32,000 nucleotides of DNA. Origin: Candidatus Saccharimonadota bacterium. GTDB lineage: Bacteria > Bacillota_I > Bacilli_A > Mycoplasmatales > Hepatoplasmataceae. Shown in pieces: positions 1 to 12,248 of the stretch. The stretch's first letter is position 1, and every line of letters begins with the position of its first letter. Both the position numbers and the translations under genes were made by a program. The stretch covers positions 300,001 to 332,000 of the forward strand of contig NZ_CP006932.1 in the NCBI RefSeq assembly GCF_000582535.1, written 5' to 3'. The notes beneath the pieces were generated by a model. It ran no database searches, was not told the origin of the DNA, and worked only from the letters and a program-made list of their open reading frames with translations.

Positions 1-2079
1 GTTGGACCAGGAAGAGGATCTGCTGCTGGTTCAATTGTTGCTTTTCTTTTAAATATTACATTAGCTGATCCAATTAAATTAAATCTTTATTTTGAAAGAT
101 TTTTAAATCCTGATCGAATTTCTTTTCCTGATATCGATATCGATATTGAAGATGAAAGAAGAGAAGAATTATTTCTTTATTTAAGAAATAAATATCATAA
201 AGATCATTTTGCACAAATTATAACTTTTCAATCTTTAAAAGCAAAAATGTCCCTAAAAGATGTTTTTCGTTTTTTAAAAATTTCTCCTTCTGAAGCAAAT
301 AGAGTAACAAAAATTTTAGATGATCGAATTAGTTTACAAGAATCATATAAAAAAAATAAAAATTTTAAATACTTGATCGAAGAAAATATCAATTTTGCAA
401 AAGGATATCAAATTGCAAAGGAAATCGAAGGACTTCCTAGACAATTTTCAACACATGCTGCAGGAATTGTAATTTCTTATCAAAAAATTGATAATTTAGT
501 TCCCATTCAAAAAGGTTATAGTAATCAATATAATCAAACACAATATTCAATGAATTATCTTGAAGAAAATCAATTATTAAAAATTGATCTTTTAGGATTA
601 AGAAATCTTACCTTTCTTAAAAAAATTATTAATTTAATAAAGAATACAGAAAACAAAGAAATTAATTTACAAAAGATAGATTATAAAGATCAAAAAGTTT
701 TTAAATTATTAATGCAAGGAAAAACTTTAGGTATTTTTCAACTTGAATCCCCAGGAATGAGTGATGTATTAATGAAAATCAAACCAACAGAATTTGAAGA
801 CATTGTTGCCACAATTTCTCTTTTTCGTCCTGGTCCGATTAAGCAAATTGATCACTATATAAAAAGAAAAAATCAACAAGAAAAAATTTCTTATCTTATT
901 CCTCAATTAGAACCTATTCTTAAAAAAACATATGGAATTATTATCTACCAAGAACAAATAATGGAAATAGCACAAAAAATTTCTAAATTTACACTTGCAA
1001 AAGCAGATTTATTAAGAAAAGCAATTTCAAAGAAAAATAGCGAAGAACTTAATTTATTAAAACATGATTTTATTGATGGTGCTATTAATAATAATTATTC
1101 AAAAGAAATTGCAATTAAAATTTACGATTTAATATTTGAGTTTGCTCTTTATGGTTTTAATCGTTCACATGCTGTTTCTTATTCTTTTATTACATATTGA
1201 TTAGCATATCTTAAAACTTACTATCCACAAGAATTTATTGTCTGTTTATTAAATCAATCAATTGGAAATGATAATAAAACAATCCAATACATTGAAGAAG
1301 CTCAATATTTTAAAATTAAAGTAAAATATCCTGATATAAACGCAACAAATTACAATTATTTTTTAAAAGATGATCAAATTTTTCTTGCATTAGAAGTTAT
1401 TAATGGTTTAGGAAAGCAAACAATAAATGAATTAACAAAAGAAAGAAATAATGGAAAATATCTTGATTTTATAGATTTTGTTGTTCGTATGCAAAAAATT
1501 AAATTATCAATTAAGCAACTTGAATTTTTAATTAAAGGAGGAGCATTAGATTCTTTTTTACTTACAAGAAATACAATGCTTAATAATCTAAAGATAATTT
1601 CTGAATATGCAAAACTTGTTTTATTAAAAGATGGTGATAATTATAAAATTGATTATTCAATAGTTGATGAAAAACCAAAATTAAAAGAATACGAAAAAGA
1701 TAATTATCAACAATTTGAAAAGGAAGCATTAGGATTTTTATTGGAAGCTAATGATTTTATTAAATATCAAAATAAATTATCAAAAAAACAAAGTAAAGAT
1801 TTACTTTTGATAAAAGAATTAAATCTAATTCAAGATCAAGATATAAAAGTTTTTGGAATTATAAATTCCATACGTAAAATTAAGACAAAAAATAATCAAG
1901 AAATGGCTTTTTTAGAGATTAAAGATCAATCGGAAAAAATCTCAATTACCATTTGACCAAGAAAATATCAAGAGCTAGAACAAAAATTAAAAATAGGAAT
2001 AGGAATTATTATTCGTGGTAAGATAGATTTAAGAAGAAATAAAACAATTATTCTTGATCAAGCTGAAATAATTGTATAG
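1..2079 (+). CDS. dnaE: DNA polymerase III alpha subunit (DnaE), C-terminal 692 aa; 5' end lies outside the window
   Basis: Frame 1 is open from base 1 (VGPGRGSAAGSIVAFLL..FPDIDIDIE..) and runs through in-frame TGA codons at 1198-1200 and 1954-1956 to TAG at 2077-2079. It carries typical DnaE motifs: STHAAGIVIS, FRPGP, IYQEQIM, NRSHAVSYS followed by W-LAYLKTYYPQEF. Confidence 0.9.
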
Positions 2080-2109
2080 ATTATTAAACTTTTAATTGAG
2101 GATTAATAA

Positions 2110-3195
2110 ATGCAACAACTTTATATTAAAACAGTTACTATTCATTATTTGGGACCTTGAATAGATAATCATTTTCGTTTTAAAAAAAACAATTTAATTT
2201 TTGGAATAACCGAAGAAGAAGGTAATTTAGATTTAATTGATATCTTACGAGCAATTAAAGATATTCGTAAATTTCATAAAATAGATTTAAAATATCTTCA
2301 TCAAGATCTTAAAAAAAATATTGATTTTAATTACCATAAGTTTTTATTAAAAATAACTTATTTTAATTCAAAAAAAGAAACATATATCAAGATAAACAAA
2401 AATTTAAAAGTAGATTATAAAGAAAGTGTTAATTTTAATTTAATTAGTAGAGTATATATTAAATTTATTGAAAAAGAAGAAGAAATTGATCAAATTTTAA
2501 AAGATTTAGAAACAAGAAAAGAAAGAATTAATTTTATTAAGAACCGAATAATTGTTTTCTTAAAAGTTGAAAATTTATTAAAAGAATCCAAAATTGAAAA
2601 ATTATTGGATTTTTCTTATAAATTTTCTGGACAAACTTTTTTTTCTACAATATCTCCTAAAGTTATTGTTCATGCAATGAATAAATTTGATACAAGATTA
2701 CTTGATGTATTTTATATGGTAGATCATGTTGAAAAAAATTTAAAACCAAATTTATTGCAACAATTAGCAGAGTATACAGGAGAAAAAATTAGAAAAAAGA
2801 TTCTTTTTGTAGAAGGGATAAGTGATCGTTTAATTTTAGAAGCAATTGCAAAAAGAAATAAAATTAAAGATTTAGTAATTATTGATACAGGAGGAATAGC
2901 AAATATTAATTTTGAAGCAATTGCAAAATTAAATAATTTTTTAAATGCAAAAGCTTTGATTGATTATGATAATGAAAAAACAAGAATTTCTAATAGATTA
3001 ATTCATGTTCTTAAAAGAAGAGCGATCGAATGATATCTTGATCAAAATATTTTACATAAAAATAATCTTAATGATTTTAAAATGTCCTCACATAATAAAA
3101 TCTTGATGGCAGAAAATTTCAAAAATACTTATTTTAAAAGCAAAAATTATAAACAATTAGAATTTGAAGTTTTAAATTTATATAATTCTTTTTAG
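2110..3195 (+). CDS. OLD-family (ABC-ATPase plus TOPRIM) nuclease-like protein with a degenerate ATPase, 361 aa
   Basis: ATG at 2110 follows a GAGGA ribosome-binding site; TGA codons are read through (2158, 3031); stop is TAG at 3193-3195. The C-terminus has a TOPRIM pattern: ILFVEGISDRLILEAI, IIDTGG, IDYDNEK (E...DxD). The N-terminus resembles an ABC/OLD ATPase start (IKTVTIHYLGPW..NLIFG), but the Walker A site reads ITEEEGNL. A signature-like FSGQ and a Walker-B-like FYMVDHVEKNLKP are present, with His in place of the catalytic Glu. Confidence 0.6.
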
Positions 3196-3230
3196 CTTTT
3201 ATATCAATTAATTTAAAATTATATTAATAT

Positions 3231-5246
3231 ATGGAAACAGAAATAAAAGCAACAAAGAAAAGAATTTCTTTTGATATTTTAAAATTTCGTTTATTTAAAT
3301 TAATTATCGGAATTATTATTCTAATAATTTTTCTTTGAACAGAGATTTTAATGATTTTTAATTCTGATTCAAATTTACTTCCAGATTTATTTGTAAATAT
3401 TTGATGACAATTTTCTCTTTCTACAATAATTCTTATTTTAATAAGTTACGAATATTTAATAAATTCAATTAGAGATGCTTTTAAAAAAACAATTTCAGAT
3501 GATTTATTAGTTACAATTTCTGTTTTTACTTCTTATATTTTTTCAATAATTGCAATAGGAATAAATTTTACAGATTTAAAAGCAAATAATTGGCTTATTA
3601 CAAATTTTAATAATGGTGATTCTTTATATCTTTTGTTTGCAGCTTTTGTCGAAGTATCTGTAATTATTTATATTGGAAGAATAATTGAATTTTACGTTAC
3701 AGAAAAAACAGTAAATGAAATTACTGCAATTAATGATTTATTTGTAGAAGAAGCAATTATCTTAAAAAACAAAAAAGAACAAAAAATCGCAACAAAAGAT
3801 TTAAAAGAAAATGATATTATAATTTGTTATCCTGGAGAAGTAATTCCAGTAGATGGAATTATTTTAAAAGGAGAAGCTTTAATAAATGAAGCTTCATTTA
3901 CAGGTGAATCAAAATTAGTTAAAAAAATAAGAAATAGTGATGTTTACGGTGGAACAATTACAGATCAATATTTAAAAATAAAAGTTAAATATAAATTGCA
4001 AGATTCTCTTATTAGTAAAATTCACCAAGGAATATTAAAAGCAAAAGAAGCAAAATCTGATTATCAAAAAATAGCTGATAAAGTTGTTATATTTATGATT
4101 CCTACTATTTTAATATTAGGATTTATAGCACTTACACTTTGATCAATCTTTGCTGGATGAGAAAAAGGATTATTAGTAATGGTTACTGTTTTTGTTACAG
4201 CTTGTCCTTGTTCTTTTGCAATGATTACCCCTCTTTCAATTCTTGTAGCAAATGGTGTTGCTTTAAAGCAAGAAATTATCTTTAATTCGAAACGTCCCTT
4301 TGAGAAAAAACAAATTATAAATGCAATTGCTTTTGATAAAACAGGAACAATTACAACAGGTAAATTAGCAATTAAAAAAACTAATTTAAATAAAGAGAAT
4401 TTAAAATTAGTTTATTCAATTGAATTATATTCAAAACATCCAATTGCAACATCAATAATTGAAAATTATAAAAATTTATTCAAAGATAATTTTAATTTAA
4501 AAATTAAAACTATCGTAGGTGATGGATTAGAAGCAAAATATAATAATAAAACTTATTATTTAGGTTCTTTGGAATTTGCAAAAAAAATTTTAAACAAAAA
4601 TAATAATAAAAAAAATTTTATTAAAAGTGATGAAATAGTTATCTATTTATTTACAAAAGAAAAAATAATTGGTTATATTGAACTTGAAGATGAAATTAGA
4701 AAAGATTCATATCAAGTAATAAATTCCTTAAAAGCAAAAAATATTGAGATTTTTATGATTACAGGTGATCATAAAAATGTTGCTTTAAAAATTGCAAAAA
4801 AAGTTGGAATTAAATCCGAAAATGTCTTTTATCAAACTCTACCTTCTGAAAAAGCTTCAATTATTGAAAAATTAAAAAATCAAAATTACAGTGTTGGTTT
4901 TGTCGGTGATGGAATAAATGATGCAATTGCTCTTGAAACAAGTGATTTGGGAATATCTCTTGGTTCAGGTTCTGCTCTTGCTTTACAATCAAGCGATATT
5001 ACAATTAGAAATGATGATTTAAATCTTGTTGATCAAGCATTAAATATTTCGCAAAAAACATTAAAAACAATTTATATTGGTCTTATTGTTGCTAGTATAT
5101 ATAATATAATTTTAATCCCTTTAGCTTTAGGAGGAATATTAGTTCCTTCAATTGCTGCAATTGCAATGGCTATAAATGATACATTAGCAGTTATTATTGC
5201 AGCTAGTTTAAAAAGATTAAATTTTAAAAAAAATAAGAAAAATTAA
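3231..5246 (+). CDS. Heavy-metal-translocating P-type ATPase (P1B class), 671 aa, with no N-terminal metal-binding domain
   Basis: One frame-3 reading frame joins the 3633.. and 4179.. ORFs through TGA codons. Motifs: FTGES (actuator), TM CPC (TACPCSF), DKTGTIT phosphorylation site, ITGDH, GDGINDA, and YN..P in the following TM helix. Confidence 0.9.
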
Positions 5247-5310
5247 TTATTAAAAAAATATTTTTTTTGCTTTAAAAATATGTATAATAATATCGAATTA
5301 TCTGTTAGCT

Positions 5311-5346
5311 AGTTAAAAAATTCATGAATACCATACAACTCAAAAC
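5311..5346 (+). repeat. Solitary degenerate copy of the CRISPR repeat, abutting the tracrRNA anti-repeat with no spacer
   Basis: AGTTAAAAAATTCATGAATACCATACAACTCAAAAC versus the array repeat GGGTTAAACAACTCATGAATACCAACTAACCAAAAC. Same orientation and same 36-nt length, a shared TCATGAATACCA core and a CAAAAC end, roughly 70 percent identity with one offsetting indel pair. Confidence 0.7.
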
Positions 5347-5500
5347 ATTTTAAACAACTCATGAATACCAACTAATCAAGATAATGGTTTAAAATAAAAC
5401 AATTTTTTTGTTTTATGGAATATCTAAGGGTACACAGGTAACCCTATTATATAATCCTCCTGTAATCAAAGCCTACTTTTTAAAGTAGGCTTTTTATTTT
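5347..5500 (+). ncRNA. tracrRNA: Predicted tracrRNA: anti-repeat 5350-5382, internal hairpins, intrinsic terminator at the 3' end
   Basis: Bases 5350-5382 (TTAAACAACTCATGAATACCAACTAATCAAGAT) match 33 nt of the plus-strand array repeat with 3 transition differences. Each difference would give a G-U wobble against a minus-strand crRNA repeat (GUUUUGGUUAGUUGG...). Downstream are hairpins ATAAAACAA/TTGTTTTAT and AGGGT/ACCCT, then GCCTAC/GTAGGC followed by TTTTTATTTT. A TGTATAAT box lies upstream at 5281-5288. Exact 5' and 3' ends are not determinable from sequence. Confidence 0.75.
5468..5500 (+). terminator. Rho-independent terminator closing the tracrRNA
   Basis: AAAGCCTACTTT / AAAGTAGGCTTT inverted repeat followed by the T-run TTTTTATTTT. 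Confidence 0.7.
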
Positions 5501-5730
5501 ATTAAAATACAAATAAAATTAAAAATTAATATATATTTACTATTTTTTGTATAAAAATATAAAATGTAATATATTTTTTAGAAATTAAAAGGCAATTTTT
5601 ATGAAAAAAGAACATTTTAAAATAAAAACTAATATATTAAATGATATTTTTAATAGTAAAATAGTAAATAAAATCGAAAATATTTTAAATTAATAAAAAA
5701 TAAACTGAAAATGATTATATAAGTAAATTT

Positions 5731-6816
5731 TTAATAAATATTATCAAGAAATTTTAATTTTTTAAATTCCTTATTAATTCCTTTTATTTCATTTAATCGA
5801 AAAAATAAAATATCTCTTAATTTTTCATTTTCACTTTTAAAACTATATGGTCCAAGATATTCCTTTTTTTCAAGATCTAAATCTAACAATAAATAACTTA
5901 ATTTATCTTTAATAAAATTTTCTTCAATTTTTTGATAATCTTTTTTTTCAGCTACCATTTTTAATTCTTCAATTTTTTGATTAAATTGATCTGATGTTTT
6001 AATTTGTTCTTTTTCAAAAATATAATCTGAAAGAAAATAATTTTTTAATAAAAATTCTTTATTTAAATAAAATCTTTCCAATTTATTTTTGTTTAAAAAT
6101 AATATTTCTTCGATCGATATTTTAAGATTACGAATAATAAGAGGATTTCTTGTAGTTAATAATACAAAATTATTTTCTTTCAATTTATTAATTAAAGTTG
6201 CAAATTCTTGCAATTTTTTTCCATTAAATGATGAATCTATACAATCAAAAATAAAGATTTTATTTTTTGTATTACTATCAATTAATAATTTAAGATATAG
6301 CATTAATTGTTCTGAACGAGAAAGTCTTTTTTCATCAATTTCATTTTGTTCTTGATCATAAATTGTCAATTTAAATAAAAGATTAATTAAATCAAAATCA
6401 TTTTTGAAATTAAAAATAGGTTCAATATAATAATCATTAATTTTTGAGTTAATAATATTTTTTATTTTATTTAAAATTAATTTTATTTCTTTTTCTTCTT
6501 GAATTTTTCTAATAAGATCAATATTATTTTCTTCTAAAAAATAAATTAGATTGTTAGTAAGAAAGCGAAAGAGATAAGATTTCTTTTGCAAATTTAATTC
6601 TTTTTTTAATTCTCATTCCTCATTTAATATTAAATAATCTCTTGTATCTTCATATTGAACATCGGAGAAAATATGATAAGTTTTTCTTTTTAAAAGCAAT
6701 TCAAAATTATTAACAAATATTGTTTTTCCACTATTATTTTCACCGAATATTAATAATATATTATTTTCACTTTTCACTCTTTGATTATTATAAAATTGAT
6801 TTAATATTATTTCCAT
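5731..6816 (-). CDS. csn2: Csn2-position protein: ABC-like P-loop NTPase, 361 aa (probable divergent Csn2)
   Basis: ORFs 6613-6816 and 5731-6591 are in the same frame and are joined by TGA (6613-6615) read as Trp. The ATG at 6816 lies 2 nt after the cas2 stop. Motifs: Walker A GENNSGKT, signature-like LSRSEQ, Walker-B-like IFIFDCID, and TTRNP. Assignment to Csn2 rests on its position after cas1-cas2, not on recognised sequence similarity. Confidence 0.5.
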
Positions 6817-6818
6817 TT

Positions 6819-7127
6819 TTAGATAATTAAAAAATCTTCATCATTTGTATAAGATTCTTGTAAACTCTTTCTTCCTTTTAATATTTCTATTTCGCTATAT
6901 TGTTTATTTGTTACAATAATTATTCTAATATCTCCTTTTTCTGGAAGGATTTGTTTAATTCTAATTTTTGTTCTTTTTACTCAATCATGATTATAGCAAG
7001 GTTTCATATATACAGATTCTTGAATCATAATAAAACCTAATTTAATTAAATTATTTCGAAATTTATTAAAATTTCTTTGATCATTTTTTGTAATTGTTGG
7101 TAAATCATAAAAAAGAAGAATATTCAT
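6819..7127 (-). CDS. cas2: CRISPR-associated endoribonuclease Cas2, 102 aa
   Basis: MNILLFYDLPTITKNDQRNFNKFRNNLIKLGFIMIQESVYMK... shows the typical Cas2 N-terminal beta-strand with Asp and the QxSVY motif. One internal TGA is present. The start lies 4 nt after the cas1 stop. Confidence 0.85.
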
Positions 7128-7131
7128 CTGT

Positions 7132-8109
7132 CTAAAACGGGATTCCCTGTAGTTCATTTTTTTCTTTTTCTCGCAAATTTAAGGGAAGATGAAGTTCAGG
7201 AAGCAATAAATTTTCTTTTTTATTTTCTAAAAAAGAAATAATTGATTTAACCATAATATCTATTGCATGCCTTACCTTTGTTACTTTTCCGTCAATTATA
7301 ACTTCAAGTGATAAAACCTTTATTAATCTTATTCTTATAATTAATTCAAGATGATCATTTTGAATTAATTCATTATTTTCATAAACTATTCAATCTATTA
7401 AAGGTCTAAAAGGTTCTATTAAATCATAAGTAAGATTAAAATAATTAAGTTGATCTTTATGTTTAAATCCAATTGCAGGGTTTAAACCAAATTTTACAAT
7501 AGAAGAAGAAATTCTACTTGCTAGAATCTTATATCCATAATTTAAAGCACCATTTATAGGATTATCATCTCTTCTTACAAAATAATGATATATTCCAAAT
7601 AATTTTTTGAAATAAAATTTAGCAGCAACAGCTTCCATATTCTTAGTATCACCTTGATTTACTTTTTTAAGATATATCTTCATTTTTTCAAGATCATCTT
7701 TTGATAAATTTATTTTATTTTTTAAATCTGTAAGTAAATTTTTTTGATTTATTATTTTCTGGACAATAATTTGCTTTCAAACTCTCTGTTTATCTCTTAA
7801 TGATAATTCTAATTGCATATTAAAATTCTTAAGAGGATTATGATGTCCGGAAAGATTAAGAATTAAAGAAGAAGGATCGTGCGATCTATTATTTATAATT
7901 ATTGGAATATTTTCTTTATTTAATTCAATAATTGCTGGAATTGAAATATTTGTTCTTGTATTATCAATTATTATTGTATCTATATCTTTTATGTAGAATT
8001 TTAATTTTTCTTGATCTCCAGTTACAATTAATGAGTTATTTTCGACCCGCATATTTTGGTCATTTTTTATATATATTGTTCTCCAACTCATATAATCAAA
8101 GATTAACAT
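7132..8109 (-). CDS. cas1: CRISPR-associated integrase Cas1 (type II), 325 aa; the true start may be the second ATG at 8091 (MSWRT...)
   Basis: ORFs 7777-8109 and 7390-7683 plus the tail down to TAG at 7132-7134 form one frame through TGA codons. Motifs match type II Cas1: [59 protein letters not shown]. Confidence 0.9.
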
Positions 8110-8288
8110 AAAATTAATTTATTTTAATAATGCGTTATAATTGCTTTGAGAATTGATATTTAAATTAAGATTTAATTGTTAATTCAAAAGGGGAATTTTA
8201 TGAATGATAAAAAACATAAATACCATATTAATTTAAGGATTATTAATTGATTTTAGTTAATTATAATAGTGTTTTAGATTTAGATTCA

Positions 8289-9920
<1,632 letters not shown>

Positions 9921-11999
9921 TTATTTTTTTTTATCTTGCTTTTCTTCTTTTTTATTTTCCTTTTTTTGTAATTTGCTTAATTTATCCATTTCTTTTATTT
10001 TTTCACTAATTATTTTTTTATTATTATTATATTTATTTTTGGTTTCTTTCAAATCTTTTTGATTTTCTTTTGTTTTTTTTATTTTTTTGATATTATCTTT
10101 TATTTCAAATTGTTCAACTTTTAATTTTGTTTCTTCTTTTAAAAGTTTTTCAAATTTTTTGTAATGTTTTTGTTTTTCTTCTATAAATGTATTTCTATAT
10201 TTATATCTCTCAATATTTTCTGTATTTTTTTCTAGATTTTCTTCTACATCTTTTAAATAATCATTTCAACCTTCTGTTGATAATTTTGCAAATCAATGTG
10301 ATTTTTTAGAAAAAAGAATTGTAAGAAAAAAAGTTCAAATAACAGTTCCGATCATAATTAAAATATAAACTATTCATGCCGCTCATTCTGCATTTAAAGA
10401 ACTATTATTTACATTTAAAAATCCTAAAATTCCTCCCATTCCAATTCCATTTGCAGTTATTCCGAATGCGACATCAAACATTGAAGCAAGGGCAGATCCA
10501 AGCATTGCTGCTACGAAAGGAAACATAAATCTAAGATTTACTCCATACATTGCTGGTTCTGTTACTCCAAGTCAACATGTAATAGCAGCGGCATTTCCCT
10601 GCTCCCGCATTTTGGCATCTTTTCGTAACATATAAACAACAGCAAATACAGCAGCTCCTTGAGCCATATTTGATAATGCAAGCATTGGAAAAATAAAATT
10701 TGCATTTGTTGTTGTTAATTGCAACATTACAGCATTAAGTGTTTGATGTAATCCTGTAATAACAAGTACAGGATAAAGTAATCCGAATAATGGTCCAAAG
10801 AAATATTTTGCAATAGGTTGCGTAAATGCTCATTCAAAACTAACGGATATTGCTCATCCAATAATTGCTCCAATTGGACCAATTATTCCAAGTGCAACAA
10901 TTTGTATTACAAGAATTGTAATAAAGGGTGGTCAAACATATCTTACAGAGGGAATTGTATGTCTTTCAATTAAATCATAAAATCAAACTCCAAATCAACC
11001 AACAAGTAGTGCTGGAATTATTTGACCAATATATGAAATTGCAAGAGGTCAATATGATGTAAAATAAGAAGCATCTAGGGCATCGATCGCTTGAAAAATT
11101 GTTTTTACTTCATATGAACTAGTTAATCCTGCTTGATTTAAAATATTAATCATTTCTTCTTTATTGGGATCATTTGGATCAATTCCAGTAAAATCTACAA
11201 GATTATGAATATTATTAAAAGCAAGAATTTGATCAGGAGAATATACTCCTCCTGTAACTATGTAATATTCTGTACCATTTGGAATTGCATCTAAATTAAT
11301 ATAAATATTATGAGATTGATCATAATAAAAAGATTGTATATATATATTTCCTAAGGCATCTGAAACACTATACATATTAACTAATGTTCCTGGAGCAATT
11401 AACATTATTCCAATTGTTATTCCTAAGGCTCCTGGTTTATTTGCTCTTTGAAACATTGATCAAACAACATGAACAGGTAAATATCAAAATACAGCTTGTG
11501 CTGGTAATCATAATCAATCATCTAAATTCTTAGCAAAATTACTATTATTAATTGCTGATCCACCCTCACCAGTTCAATCAAGTTCAAGTAAATTTCGAAA
11601 TGCAAGAATTAATCCTCCAGCTACAATAACAGGAATTAAAGGAATAAAAATTTCTGAAAATACTGACATTACTTTTTGAAATTTATTTGCTTGTTTTTTT
11701 GCTGCAATTTTTGTTTCTTCTTTTGTTGCATTTGTTATTTTTGCATATTTTAAAAATATTTTATAAAAATCACCAACATCGGTTCCAATTATTATTTGAA
11801 ATTGTCCAGATTGTGTAAAAGTTCCTTTTACAGAATCTAATTTATCAATTGCTTTAATATCGACTATTGTTGGATCCTTTAAAACAAGTCGTAATCTTGT
11901 TTGGCAATGAGAAGCCGATATTATATTATTTTCCCCTAATAATAAAACTATCTTTTGTGCATCAATATCATATTGTTTTTTCTTTTGATTTGATGGCAT
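9921..11999 (-). CDS. PTS EIIBC component (glucose/sucrose/trehalose family), 692 aa, with a Lys/Glu-rich C-terminal extension
   Basis: The N-terminal EIIB has the phospho-Cys motif ASHCQTRLRL. A polytopic EIIC follows, read through many TGA codons, then a low-complexity tail of about 110 aa (..KKFEKLLKEETKLKVEQFEIKDNIKKIKKTKENQKDLKE..KKEEKQDKKKNK). No EIIA domain is present. Confidence 0.8.
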
Positions 12000-12248
12000 A
12001 ATATTATTCTATAAATTCCCTATTTTTATTTTTTTTACACTATATAATTAAATATTATTAAATTTTTAAAAATAGAAACTTATTTTTTTAAAAATAAATA
12101 ATTTAAAAAAATAAGAAATTAAAAAGTTTAATAATAATATTATTATGTAGTTTATTATTTATATTTTTTTAAAAAGAAAAAAATTTATTTAATTTTAGAA
12201 ATTTAAAAGTAATATAATTTATATGAAAAATTAGGAGGATTAAAAGTA

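Noticed and set aside
5394-5416. An AT-only hairpin (ATAAAACAA-TTTTT-TTGTTTTAT) inside the tracrRNA, considered as an early terminator giving a short tracrRNA isoform
   Set aside because: The T-run lies in the loop rather than after the stem, and the stem contains a single G-C pair. It is more likely a structural stem-loop of the tracrRNA scaffold.
5601-5693. 30-aa ORF (MKKEHFKIKTNILNDIFNSKIVNKIENILN) between the tracrRNA and the csn2-like gene; considered as a possible small regulator or anti-CRISPR
   Set aside because: It has only a weak AAAGG-like ribosome-binding site and no recognisable motif. ORFs of this size arise by chance in DNA of this composition, so there is no supporting evidence in the sequence.
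6089-6355. Track ORFs antisense to or off-frame within real genes: 6089-6355, 8558-8782, 9316-9558, 12371-12655, 14484-14678, 18183-18431, 20049-20255, 24142-24336, 26399-26587, 27049-27288 and 28801-28989
   Set aside because: Each overlaps a long, motif-rich reading frame recovered with TGA=Trp (csn2-like, treC, glpF, glpK/glpO, cas9, RCC1-like genes, comEC). Their sequences are low-complexity. They are artefacts of AT-rich DNA and standard-code translation.
8200-8256. 18-codon ORF (MNDKKHKYHINLRIINWF) with a GGGG-containing upstream sequence in the treC-cas1 spacer
   Set aside because: It is too short, lies on the strand opposite to the surrounding operons, and shows no conservation signal I can assess.
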